Assembly: GCA_021735445.1 (NCBI GenBank)
Contig: JAIPHA010000006.1
Coordinates: forward strand, 1-57,493
Source: Candidatus Omnitrophota bacterium
GTDB lineage: Bacteria; Omnitrophota; Gorgyraeia; Duberdicusellales; 4484-171
Direction: 5' to 3'
DNA: 57,493 bases
Shown here: positions 1 to 9,058 of the stretch, piece by piece
Position numbering within the stretch: the first letter of the stretch is position 1
How the letters are laid out: every line of letters starts with the position of its first letter
Program-made: the position numbers and the translations under genes
Notes under the pieces: model-generated
Told to the model about the DNA's origin: nothing
Database searches by the model: none
Seen by the model: only the letters and a program-made list of their open reading frames with translations

Positions 1-114
1 TTCTATCCAGAAAATCAAGTAAATTTTATATTTTTTGAATAAAGATTCCTACTTCAAAGGTGAGAGTTGAGCAAACTCAGGTTAGTTGCATTAAGGGGAC
101 GTTTAGGGCAAAAT

Positions 115-149
115 AAAAAAACCCCACATTTTACTGTGGGGTTGTTTTT
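115..149. terminator. Probable intrinsic (likely bidirectional) terminator downstream of tRNA-fMet
   Basis: Inverted repeat AACCCCAC...GTGGGGTT flanked by an A-tract on the left and a T-tract on the right, a few nt past the tRNA 3' end. Confidence 0.75.
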
Positions 150-153
150 ATTT

Positions 154-230
<77 letters not shown>

Positions 231-233
231 AAT

Positions 234-350
234 ATTTAAATTCTAAATCCAAAATCCTAAATAAATCCAAAACATAAAACTCAAAATAATATTTTTTGGA
301 TTTTAAACATTTAAGATTTGAGTTTATTTAGTGTTTAGTGTTTAGGATTT
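234..350. repeat. Inverted pair of degenerate heptamer arrays (nnnTAAA/nnnAAAA versus TTTAGnn)
   Basis: Left: atttaaa ttctaaa tccaaaa tcctaaa taaa tccaaaa cataaaa ctcaaaa; right ends ...tta tttagtg tttagtg tttagga ttt; aaatcctaaa (252-261) pairs perfectly with tttaggattt (341-350). Confidence 0.75.
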
Positions 351-368
351 GCCAATTATTGTACAGGT

Positions 369-665
369 TTATTCTTCTATGTCAACTACTATCTCGCCTT
401 CCCGGGCAAAACCAAGCTTTTCCCGGGCTATTTTTTCGTAAATAAAATGATCTTCTTTTAGCTTCTTATTTTTAATTTCGTATTCTTTGATCTCTTTTTT
501 TAAATGATTATTTTTGCTGATTAGCTTTTGATTTTCCTCCCTTAGGTTTTTTAACTTAGAGTAGTTGGGAAAATAGACCAGCATCGCCAAAATAAATATT
601 ACTATTGCTGCAAGTAATAGTTGTAATAGTTTAGCGCGCTTTATATTTAAAAGTTTTCCCGCCAT
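369..665 (-). CDS. ftsB: Septum formation initiator, FtsB/DivIC family
   Basis: N-terminal TM helix, coiled coil, C-terminal [12 protein letters not shown] motif; directly downstream of eno (conserved eno-ftsB synteny). Confidence 0.8.
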   Translation of the reverse strand: MAGKLLNIKRAKLLQLLLAAIVIFILAMLVYFPNYSKLKNLREENQKLISKNNHLKKEIKEYEIKNKKLKEDHFIYEKIAREKLGFAREGEIVVDIEE

Positions 666-1905
666 AAACCGCCTTTTTGCCCAGCTCCTCCTCTATCCTT
701 AAAAGCTCATTGTATTTAGCCACCCGGTCTGTACGGGATAAAGAACCCGTTTTAATCTGGCCGGCTGATGTCCCAACCGCCAGATGAGATATTGTCGTAT
801 CCTCTGTCTCTCCCGACCTATGGGAAATTACAGCAGTATAACCGGCTGCATGAGCCATATTTATTGCCTCTATAGTTTCGGTTAAAGTTCCGATTTGATT
901 TACTTTAATCAGGATTGAATTAGCAATATTTTGCTCAATTCCTTTTTTTAATCTTTTTGTGTTGGTTACAAATAGATCATCGCCTACCAGTTGTATTTTT
1001 TCTCCCAATTTCCTGGTAAGCTTAAGCCAACCTGGCCAATCCTCTTCGTATAAGCCATCCTCTAAAGAAACTATGGGATATCTTTTACAAATTTTTGCAT
1101 AAAAATTAACCATATAATTTACATCCCTGTTTTTGCCTTCAAAAAAATATTTTCCATCTTTGTAGAATGAGCTGGCAGCTGAATCAAGCGCCAGGTAAAC
1201 TTGACGGCCGGGAATATAGCCGGCTTCATCTACCGCTTTCAAAATAAGCTTTAAGGCTTGTTCATTGCTTTTTAATTCAGGCGCAAACCCGCCTTCATCT
1301 CCAACCGACGTAGAAAGCTTTTTCGACTTTAATATTGACTTAAGTTTTTGAAATATTTCACAAGATGCCTGCAAGGCTTTCTTAAAAGAACTAAAGCCGG
1401 CCGGCGCAATCATGAATTCCTGAATGTCTAAATTATTATCGGCATGCATTCCCCCGTTTATAATATTCATAAGAGGAAGAGGCAAAATTTTTGCTTTTGA
1501 TTTTCCCAGATAATTATAAAAAGGCTTGTTTTCTGATTTTGCGGCAGCTTTAGCTACAGCAAGGGATACCCCTAATATCGCATTAGCGCCTAACTTTTCT
1601 TTACTTTCTGTGCCATCAAGCTCTATGAGAAGTTTATCTATTTTTCTGTAATCAGGAGCCATCCCTTTAATCTTTGGGGCTATCTTCTGATTAACATTTT
1701 GAACCGCTTTTTCAACACCTTTACCGAAAAATCTTTTCTTAGTTTTATCGCGCAGCTCTAACGCTTCAAATTCACCGGTCGATGCTCCCGAGGGGACAGC
1801 TGCCCGGCCCAAAGTTCCCTTGCTTAATAAAATATCTACCTCTACTGTCGGATTTCCGCGTGAATCAATAATTTCTCTTGCCTTAACTGCCTTAATTTTT
1901 TCCAT
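631..1905 (-). CDS. eno: Enolase
   Basis: [50 protein letters not shown]; start trimmed to ATG at 1905 (MEKI), which follows an SD-like GGAGAAGGTG. Confidence 0.98.
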   Translation of the reverse strand: MEKIKAVKAREIIDSRGNPTVEVDILLSKGTLGRAAVPSGASTGEFEALELRDKTKKRFFGKGVEKAVQNVNQKIAPKIKGMAPDYRKIDKLLIELDGTESKEKLGANAILGVSLAVAKAAAKSENKPFYNYLGKSKAKILPLPLMNIINGGMHADNNLDIQEFMIAPAGFSSFKKALQASCEIFQKLKSILKSKKLSTSVGDEGGFAPELKSNEQALKLILKAVDEAGYIPGRQVYLALDSAASSFYKDGKYFFEGKNRDVNYMVNFYAKICKRYPIVSLEDGLYEEDWPGWLKLTRKLGEKIQLVGDDLFVTNTKRLKKGIEQNIANSILIKVNQIGTLTETIEAINMAHAAGYTAVISHRSGETEDTTISHLAVGTSAGQIKTGSLSRTDRVAKYNELLRIEEELGKKAVYGGKTFKYKAR

Positions 1906-2440
1906 CACCTTCTCCTTTTCTTTTTTCTTGGCGTTGATAAAATCCTGATAATTTTGTTTCTGCAATAATATGGCCCTGCATTTGCTCTATGAGTTCAGGC
2001 TTGGTAACCCCCTGCCCCGCCTTAATCTCTTTATCCAGAGCATACAGCTTAAATGAATATTTATGAGCCGGCCCGGGCGGCGGGCATGGGCCGTTATAGC
2101 CAATTTGGCCGAAATCATTTTTTCCTTGTTTTAGGCCTAAGGATTCCATTTTTTCTTTATCGATATTTTCTCCCAGCTTTTTCAAGCTTGCCGGAATATT
2201 ATAGAGAACCCAATGAACCCAAATACCAGCGGGAGCATCCGGATCATCCACAATCAAAACAAAACTTTTAACACCGCGGGGCAAATCATCCCAAGACAAA
2301 GGCGGCGAATAGCTTTTTCCGTCACAAGTATAGCGGCTGGGAATATAACCGCCGTTTTCAAAAACAGAACTTTTTAAATTTAAAGCAAATAAATTGACTG
2401 AAAAAAAAATTAACGATATTAGCGCGATCAAAAAACGCAT
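1892..2440 (-). CDS. YbhB/YbcL family PEBP (Raf kinase inhibitor-like) protein with signal peptide
   Basis: [34 protein letters not shown] motifs; hydrophobic N-terminus. Confidence 0.92.
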   Translation of the reverse strand: MRFLIALISLIFFSVNLFALNLKSSVFENGGYIPSRYTCDGKSYSPPLSWDDLPRGVKSFVLIVDDPDAPAGIWVHWVLYNIPASLKKLGENIDKEKMESLGLKQGKNDFGQIGYNGPCPPPGPAHKYSFKLYALDKEIKAGQGVTKPELIEQMQGHIIAETKLSGFYQRQEKRKGEGDGKN

Positions 2441-2459
2441 AGCACTTGCCTCCTAATCT

Positions 2460-3617
2460 CTAAACCGGTATTTTCTTTTTGAAAATATTTGTTAGCTTGC
2501 GCTTATCCACTGTAAGGGCAAAACGGATAAACCCCTCTCCGTATTTACCAAAACCTACTCCCGGAGTAGCAACTATTTTTTCTTCTTCCATTAAATATTT
2601 ACTAAACTCCAGAGAAGATTTAAATGAAGCAGGCAATTTTGCCCAAATGTAAAAAGTCGAATCAGCATAAAATTTGCTGAAACCAGCTTCTTTTAACGTC
2701 TTCAGCAAACATTGCCTTCTCTGTTTAAAGGTCTTTCTTAAATTAACCAGATAAGGCAATTCTTTATCTAAAGCAGCAACGGCGGCGTCTTGTACCGCGG
2801 GAAAGATGCCTGAATCAACATTTGACTTTACCTTTGCTAAAATATTTACTATATCCGGATTGCCGCAAACCCAGCCGATTCTAAAACCAGTCATGCAAAA
2901 AGTTTTAGAAAGCGAGTGGAACTCTATTGCAACTTGTTTTGCGCCTTTTATTTGCAAGATGCTTAAAGGCTTTTTATCAAAATAAATTTCAGAATAAGCA
3001 TTATCCCAGGCCAGTAAAATTTTATGCTTTTTACAAAACCGTACCGCCTCCTCCATAAAAGACTTTGGCGCAGAAACAGTGGTTGGATTGTTGGGATAAT
3101 TCAGATAAAGAATTTTTGCGCGCTTTTTAACTAATTTTGGTATTTTGGCTAAGTCAGGTAAAAAATTATTCTTTTCTAAAAGAGGTAGCTGATAAACTCT
3201 TGCACCGGCTAAAACTCCAGCAGCTCTGTACCCGGGATAACCAGGTGAAGGAACTATAACATAATCTCCTTTATCTATTAACCCTACTGGAAGATGAGCC
3301 AAAGCCTCTTTAGTGCCTAAAACCGGGAGAATCTGGGAATCTTGATTTAAATCAACTTGAAACCTCTTTTTCATCCATTTTTTTATGCTCCTGCGCAATT
3401 TAGGCTTTCCTTTATTAGAAGCATATTTTTGGTTTTCTTTTACTTTAGCGGAAACAGAAAGGAGTTTTACCACCCTTTCCGGAGCAGAAATATCAGGATC
3501 CCCCACGCTAAGGTCAAGAAATTTTACTCCTTTTTTCCGCAAAATTACTTTTTTGTCATCAATTGCCGCAAATAAATACGGCGGAAGTTTTTTTAAATTT
3601 TTCGAAAAATCAAACAT
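2460..3617 (-). CDS. dapL: LL-diaminopimelate aminotransferase (class I/II PLP aminotransferase)
   Basis: LPPYLFA, LNYPNNPT, EFHSLSKTFCMTGFRIG; inside the dap cluster; start trimmed to ATG 3617 (SD GAGGGG) because the longer start lies in a tandem repeat. Confidence 0.85.
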   Translation of the reverse strand: MFDFSKNLKKLPPYLFAAIDDKKVILRKKGVKFLDLSVGDPDISAPERVVKLLSVSAKVKENQKYASNKGKPKLRRSIKKWMKKRFQVDLNQDSQILPVLGTKEALAHLPVGLIDKGDYVIVPSPGYPGYRAAGVLAGARVYQLPLLEKNNFLPDLAKIPKLVKKRAKILYLNYPNNPTTVSAPKSFMEEAVRFCKKHKILLAWDNAYSEIYFDKKPLSILQIKGAKQVAIEFHSLSKTFCMTGFRIGWVCGNPDIVNILAKVKSNVDSGIFPAVQDAAVAALDKELPYLVNLRKTFKQRRQCLLKTLKEAGFSKFYADSTFYIWAKLPASFKSSLEFSKYLMEEEKIVATPGVGFGKYGEGFIRFALTVDKRKLTNIFKKKIPV

Positions 3618-3639
3618 ATTAACCCCTCTTTTTTTGTCA

Positions 3640-3711
3640 CGTCGAACGTTGAACATCGAACGTCGAACGTTGAACGTCGAACGTTATAACACCACTCACC
3701 ACAGACTGATT
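3640..3711. repeat. Heptamer tandem repeat (CRTYGAA x6) plus a second short heptamer run
   Basis: cgtcgaa cgttgaa catcgaa cgtcgaa cgttgaa cgtcgaa cgtt (3640-3685), then accactc accacag actgatt (3691-3711). Confidence 0.9.
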
Positions 3712-4426
3712 AACCAAATAGTATATCTTCCATAGAATACAGCCCGGCAGATTTACCTTTAATCCATTTAGCTGCCGTTATCGCGCCTTGAGCAAAAATA
3801 TCTCTGGTCTTGGCGTGATGGATAATCTTAAAAGAATCAAGCTGATTTTCAAAAACAACTTGATGGTCCCCGATAACTTCACCTTCTCTTTTTGCCTCAA
3901 TCTCATCTATTCTTTTATCAAAGCCAAACTCATTGACAATTTCAGCCAACTTTTTAGCCGTACCCGAAGGAGCGTCTTTTTTATGGATATGATGAGTTTC
4001 CTTAATTTTTAAATCATACCCTCCTAACGTAGAAGCAGCTAATCTTAATACCTTAAAAAAAAGATTTACCCCAACGCTCATATTGGGAGAATAAAGTACC
4101 GGAATAATTTTGGCAGCCTCTTTAACCCTGGCTATCTGATCTTTATCTAAATTAGTTGTCCCGATTACCATAGCCTTCTTATCTTTTTTTGCTTCATTCA
4201 GCATTGCAAGAGTACCCGCCGGAGCGCTAAAATCAATAACAGCCTCGGATTGGTTAACCCGGCCATAATCAGAAGAGATCTCTACTCCCTCGATTCTCCC
4301 GCCTACTTTGGGATGATTTTCTTGTTCAAAGCCAATTATAAGGTCAATTTCGTCATCTTGTTTAGCTAAACGAAAAATTCTTTGCCCCATCCTGCCGCAA
4401 ATACCATTTATGGCTAGATTAACCAT
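3710..4426 (-). CDS. dapB: 4-hydroxy-tetrahydrodipicolinate reductase
   Basis: GICGRMG, IDFS, VIGTT, SPNMSVGVN, ETHHIHKKDAPSGTA. Confidence 0.97.
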   Translation of the reverse strand: MVNLAINGICGRMGQRIFRLAKQDDEIDLIIGFEQENHPKVGGRIEGVEISSDYGRVNQSEAVIDFSAPAGTLAMLNEAKKDKKAMVIGTTNLDKDQIARVKEAAKIIPVLYSPNMSVGVNLFFKVLRLAASTLGGYDLKIKETHHIHKKDAPSGTAKKLAEIVNEFGFDKRIDEIEAKREGEVIGDHQVVFENQLDSFKIIHHAKTRDIFAQGAITAAKWIKGKSAGLYSMEDILFG

Positions 4427-4490
4427 ATACCCTCCACTATTTAATTAAGTCAGATGTGACTTTCTTTCAACTTTCACTATTGACCAATTA

Positions 4491-5372
4491 TCATTTTATC
4501 AATCGATATTCTTTTAAAATTTTTTTAAGTTTAGTCAAATTCTTTTTATCCATCTTATAGAGAGGCAGCCTCAAATTGCCTTCGATAAGCCCGATCAAAT
4601 TCAAAGCAGCCTTGACCGGGATAGGATTAGTTTCAATAAACAAGGCCTGAATCAAATCATATAACTGAAATTGTATCGTCCTGGATTTCTTAATATCGCC
4701 TTTTAAGAAACTCTGGACCAATTGATGTGTTTTTTTCGGTTCGATATTAGCCACAACTGATATTACCCCTGAGGCGCCCAATGACATCATCGGTAAAATA
4801 ATCTGGTCATTTCCTGAAAAGAGAGAGAAACCTTTCGGCAAACGTGACATTATTGCGGTAGCCTGATCCAAGCTTCCCGAGGCTTCTTTTATCCCTACAA
4901 CATTTTTGCAACTACCCGCAACCTCAACAACAGTTTCGGGCGATATATTTACTCCGGTCCGGGAAGGAACATTGTAGATAATAATTGGAATATTAACCGC
5001 ATTCGCTATTTTTTTAAAATGCTGGCTCAGCCCTTTCTGAGTAGGTTTATTGTAATAGGGAGTTATAACTAAAGAGTAGTCGGCTCCCACCTTTTTCGCA
5101 TATCGCGTTAAATCCAGGGCTTCGTCAGTAGAGTTTGATCCGGCTCCGGCTATAATCGGAATCTTCTTTTTTGCTTGCTCAACAGCGATACCAACTACCC
5201 TTTTATGCTCCTGATGAGTCAAGGTCGCGCTTTCACCGGTTGTGCCGCAAACTAAAATACCATCTGTTTTATTTTTAATATGCCAATCGATTAAGAACCT
5301 AAGCTTATCTTCATCTATTGAATTATCCTTTTTAAAAGGCGTGACCAACGCCACCATACTTCCTTGCAACAT
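4491..5372 (-). CDS. dapA: 4-hydroxy-tetrahydrodipicolinate synthase
   Basis: ALVTPF, CGTTGES, TPYYNKP, YNVPSRTG, GIKEASG, ETNPIPVK. Confidence 0.98.
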   Translation of the reverse strand: MLQGSMVALVTPFKKDNSIDEDKLRFLIDWHIKNKTDGILVCGTTGESATLTHQEHKRVVGIAVEQAKKKIPIIAGAGSNSTDEALDLTRYAKKVGADYSLVITPYYNKPTQKGLSQHFKKIANAVNIPIIIYNVPSRTGVNISPETVVEVAGSCKNVVGIKEASGSLDQATAIMSRLPKGFSLFSGNDQIILPMMSLGASGVISVVANIEPKKTHQLVQSFLKGDIKKSRTIQFQLYDLIQALFIETNPIPVKAALNLIGLIEGNLRLPLYKMDKKNLTKLKKILKEYRLIK

Positions 5373-5413
5373 AAATATCCTCCCTTTAATAGCAACTGGT
5401 CATTAGCGAAAGA

Positions 5414-6292
5414 TTAACCAGCTGCGAGTTTCCCTTGATAAATACAATGAGCTTTGCCCTCAAGCCATAAATCCTCGGCTTGTTTTCCGGTTAATCTAAA
5501 ATTAACTTTTAACAATTCGCCGCCTTTTGTTTGTACTTTGACCTTTTCAAGAGAGCTGTTTTTTTTAATCTCTTTTTTTAGAGAAAATAAAATAGCTGAA
5601 GCAACAGTGCCTGTACCACAAGCTAAAGTTTCAGCTTCAACCCCCCGTTCATAAGTCCTGATTTTAATCTTGCCAGCCGCCGACTCTTCAACAAAATTAA
5701 CGTTAACTCCTTGTGGTTGAAATTGCTGATGAAACCTTACCGGCGGGCCAATTTTTTCTGGGTCAATCTTATCCAGGCCTTCTACAAATATAACCAGATG
5801 AGGAACACCGGTATTTATAAAATTGACTTTAATCTTCCGTCCCATAACTTTAAGCGGTATATCTTCTTTTAAGCCAAAAGGTTTAGTAATTTTTATTTTT
5901 AATCTAGCTGAAGCAAGATTTTTACTCTTTTTTGGCCTATCTATGAGTTCTGTTTCGACCACTCCGGCTTTGGTATCAAGCTTTGCCTTTTGAGAAGATA
6001 AAAGGCCGCGCCGGGAGTAACAAAAATACCATAATGCCGCACAACGGGCCCCATTACCGCACATCTGAGCTTCCGAGCCGTCTGCGTTGAAAATCCTCAT
6101 CTTAAATCTATCTTTTTTTACAGCTTCAACTACAAGCAGCCCGTCAGCGCCTGCTCCGAATTTTCGCGGGCAGTATCTTTTAGCAAAAGCAGAAAAATAA
6201 GCTTTATTTTTCTGCTTTAAAATTTTACCTTTATCAACAAGAATAAAATCATTACCCGAAGCCTGAAGTTTATAAAATTTTATTTCTTCCAT
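5414..6292 (-). CDS. dapF: Diaminopimelate epimerase
   Basis: GNDF, GADG, NADGSEAQMCGNGARC, TGVPH, ERGVEAETLACGTG. Confidence 0.97.
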   Translation of the reverse strand: MEEIKFYKLQASGNDFILVDKGKILKQKNKAYFSAFAKRYCPRKFGAGADGLLVVEAVKKDRFKMRIFNADGSEAQMCGNGARCAALWYFCYSRRGLLSSQKAKLDTKAGVVETELIDRPKKSKNLASARLKIKITKPFGLKEDIPLKVMGRKIKVNFINTGVPHLVIFVEGLDKIDPEKIGPPVRFHQQFQPQGVNVNFVEESAAGKIKIRTYERGVEAETLACGTGTVASAILFSLKKEIKKNSSLEKVKVQTKGGELLKVNFRLTGKQAEDLWLEGKAHCIYQGKLAAG

Positions 6293-6305
6293 TATATTTT
6301 TGTAT

Positions 6306-7556
6306 TTAAATAACCCGCTCTTGTTTAATTAAGTCTTGATAGCTCTCTCTCTTTCTTATTTGATAAGACCTTTTGCCTTTAACTAAAACTTCCGGGGCCC
6401 TGCGTCTGGAATTATAGTTGGAACTCATCGAAACACCATAAGCGCCTGCTCCAAAAACAGCTAAATAACCACCCTCAGATATTGTAATTTTTCTTTTCTT
6501 GCCTAAAAAATCACCGCTTTCGCAAACCGGCCCGACTATATCGGCTAACTTTTTCGTCCTTAAGCTTTTATTTGTTCTCTTATCCAAGGGCATTATTTTA
6601 TGATAAGCATCGTATAAAGAAGGCCTAATAAAATCATTCATTGCGGCATCGACAACGATAAACCTTTTATCATAACTTTCTTTATTGTATAAAACCTTGG
6701 TCACCAAAATTCCCGCGTTTCCGGCAATGAACCTGCCTGGCTCCAATATTATCTTTAAACCGATAGCCTTAAGCAGTGGCACTATATTTTTAGCAAACAT
6801 CTTAGCGGTTTGAGGCTTTTCTTGATTGTAAACAATTCCCAATCCACCCCCGATATTTAAAAATTGCAAATCGTTGTTTTTAGGAATTCCATCAAGAAAT
6901 TTCTTGGTTTTTAAGAGAGCTGAAACAAAAGGAGAACTTTCGGTGATTTGTGAGCCGATATGAAGATGAATTCCAGCGATAATAACATTTTTATACCGCT
7001 TAGTATTAGAAATGATTTCTTTGGCAGTTTTTTTATCAACACCGAATTTAGTTTCTTTTCTGCCGGTTGTAATGTATTTATGAGTTTTTGACTCTACGTC
7101 AGGATTGAGCCTTAATGATACTTGTACCCTCTTACCTATTTTTTTAGCTATTTTTTCGATCCGTTCGAGCTCACTCCTTGACTCAACATTAAACATAAAA
7201 ATCCCTTCTCTTACCGCCTTCTTAATCTCTTCCTCAGTTTTTCCTACAGAAGCGTAAACAATTTTTTCAAAAGGGCAATTTATTTGTTTAGCCCGGTAAA
7301 GCTCGCCACCGGAGACTATATCCAGGCCGGCTCCGGCTCTAACTAAAAGCTTTAAAATAGAAAGATTCGAATTAGCCTTTACCGAATAGCAAATTAAAGG
7401 TTTTATCTGGCTGAAAGCTTCGCTTAACTTAAAGAAATGTTCTAATATGGTTTTTTGGCTGTAGACAAAAAGAGGCGTACCGTATTTTTTAGCGAGTTTT
7501 TTTACCTGAATCCCTTCACAATATAAAATATTATTTTTGAATTTAAAATAATCCAT
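6306..7556 (-). CDS. lysA: Diaminopimelate decarboxylase
   Basis: YSVKAN, DIVSGGE, HLHIGSQ, LEPGR, VGPVCESGD, GAYG.SMSSNYN. Confidence 0.97.
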   Translation of the reverse strand: MDYFKFKNNILYCEGIQVKKLAKKYGTPLFVYSQKTILEHFFKLSEAFSQIKPLICYSVKANSNLSILKLLVRAGAGLDIVSGGELYRAKQINCPFEKIVYASVGKTEEEIKKAVREGIFMFNVESRSELERIEKIAKKIGKRVQVSLRLNPDVESKTHKYITTGRKETKFGVDKKTAKEIISNTKRYKNVIIAGIHLHIGSQITESSPFVSALLKTKKFLDGIPKNNDLQFLNIGGGLGIVYNQEKPQTAKMFAKNIVPLLKAIGLKIILEPGRFIAGNAGILVTKVLYNKESYDKRFIVVDAAMNDFIRPSLYDAYHKIMPLDKRTNKSLRTKKLADIVGPVCESGDFLGKKRKITISEGGYLAVFGAGAYGVSMSSNYNSRRRAPEVLVKGKRSYQIRKRESYQDLIKQERVI

Positions 7557-7575
7557 ACGTTAGTTAACTGGTTTT

Positions 7576-7675
7576 AAGGATAAAGGTTCAAGGTTAAAGG
7601 TTCAAGGTTCAAGTAAAATATATAAATGCTTTCCGATTTTTTTATCTTTTTCCCTTTTCCCTTTATCCTTTAGGT
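7576..7675. repeat. Inverted heptamer arrays (AAGGWTM x5 versus YTTTWTC/CCTTTAT) at the argH-lysA junction
   Basis: aaggata aaggttc aaggtta aaggttc aaggttc aag; ttttatc tttttcc cttttcc ctttatc ctttagg; aaggataaagg (7576-7586) is the perfect reverse complement of cctttatcctt (7660-7670). Confidence 0.8.
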
Positions 7676-9051
7676 TTTTTGGAAGAAGTGCGTTTTTTCT
7701 TCGGCAAAGATTTTTTTGACGCTATAGCATATTCGGGAGTCATTACCTTTTTAATCGCCTTAGCAGTCAATTCTTTATGAAATCCGGCTAAATCAGCATT
7801 TTTCATCTCTTTTACTTTTATATTTTTATCTTGCGAATATCTTATTAATTGGCCTATTTTATCATGGGCAGCTTTAAAAGCAACGCCTTTATTGACCAAA
7901 AACTCAACAAGTTCGGTTGCATACAACTCCTGGTCTTCTAAAGCCCTGCCAACCTGGCTTCTTTTAACCTTAATCCCTTTTAAAAAATCACACATAACGC
8001 TCAGTTCATTTTCAATTGTTTCAGTAGATGAAAATAAGGGTTCTTTATCTAACTGCATATCCCGGTTGTAGGTCAAAGGAAGCCCTTTCATGGTAGTCAA
8101 AATCGATACTAAATTTCCGTAAATTTTTCCGCTGCTGCCTCTAACTAGTTCTAAAAAATCAGGATTCTTTTTATGCGGCATTAAAGATGAGCCGGTACAG
8201 AACTCCTCCGGTAAATCGAAAAAATCAAACTCTTTAGTTGAATAAAGGATAAAATCTTCGGCTAACCGGGATAAATGCATCTGTAAAATAGATAAAATAT
8301 TTAAAAATTCGATAACAAAATCCCGGCTGGCAACATTGTCCAAAGAGTTTTTGACTGTTTTAGATTTGCCTATTTTTATATCGGGCTTGACCTTCTTTAA
8401 AAATTTTTTTATCCCTTCCGAATAAGCAGATTTAGGAATTGCGCTTCCGGCCAGAGCTCCGGAACCAATATAAATAGAAGATTTTTTCACAAAATTATCC
8501 AACCTTTCAAAATCTCTTTCAAACATGCAAAAAAATGCCCCGGTATAATCCAGAAAAGAAATAATTTGAGCCCGTTGAGTATGAGTGTAACCGGGGAGAT
8601 ACACATCGCGGTACCTATTGCCTAAATAATTCAAAGACGATAAAACCACATTCAATAAACTTAATATATATATTCCTTCTTTATAACAATACCACTTCTG
8701 GTCAAAAACGACCTGGTCGTTACGAGACCGTAAGGTGTGTAGTTTTTGAGCCAGCTCCCCCACCTTTTCCTCCATCCGGTTCTGAATATCGGTATGGATA
8801 TCTTCGGAATCGCTGTTTGGTTTAAATTCGCCTCTTTGAACCTCTTTAAAAATTCCAGTCAAACCATCCGTTAACTTTTTAGCTTCCTTTTTCGTTAAAA
8901 TATTAGCTTCCTGAAGCGCAACAGTATGGATAATGGAATGATAAATATCATATTCGGCCAATTTCCAATCGATTCCGATTGATTTTTGAAAACGAAAAAA
9001 ATTCCGGTTTATCTTCTTTTTAAATCTTCCTCCCCACATCTGTTTACTCAT
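7663..9051 (-). CDS. argH: Argininosuccinate lyase
   Basis: MWGGRF, RSRNDQV, PGYTH.QRAQ, TGSSLMPHKKNPD, KGLPLTYNRDMQ.DKE. Confidence 0.97.
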   Translation of the reverse strand: MSKQMWGGRFKKKINRNFFRFQKSIGIDWKLAEYDIYHSIIHTVALQEANILTKKEAKKLTDGLTGIFKEVQRGEFKPNSDSEDIHTDIQNRMEEKVGELAQKLHTLRSRNDQVVFDQKWYCYKEGIYILSLLNVVLSSLNYLGNRYRDVYLPGYTHTQRAQIISFLDYTGAFFCMFERDFERLDNFVKKSSIYIGSGALAGSAIPKSAYSEGIKKFLKKVKPDIKIGKSKTVKNSLDNVASRDFVIEFLNILSILQMHLSRLAEDFILYSTKEFDFFDLPEEFCTGSSLMPHKKNPDFLELVRGSSGKIYGNLVSILTTMKGLPLTYNRDMQLDKEPLFSSTETIENELSVMCDFLKGIKVKRSQVGRALEDQELYATELVEFLVNKGVAFKAAHDKIGQLIRYSQDKNIKVKEMKNADLAGFHKELTAKAIKKVMTPEYAIASKKSLPKKKRTSSKKPKG

Positions 9052-9058
9052 TTTTTAT

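Noticed and set aside
1-153. Genomic-island junction at the tRNA-fMet 3' end
   Set aside because: No integrase or att duplication visible; the window ends too soon to judge
3640-3685. Possible CRISPR array
   Set aside because: Contiguous 7-bp units with no spacers and no cas genes
3385-3735. 116-aa plus-strand ORF with repeated RRTLN(I/V)E
   Set aside because: The repeat is just the translation of the heptamer array; the rest is antisense to dapL
4445-4490. Faint heptamer-like run between dapA and dapB (tttcaac tttcact attgacc)
   Set aside because: Too short and degenerate to separate from AT-rich background by eye
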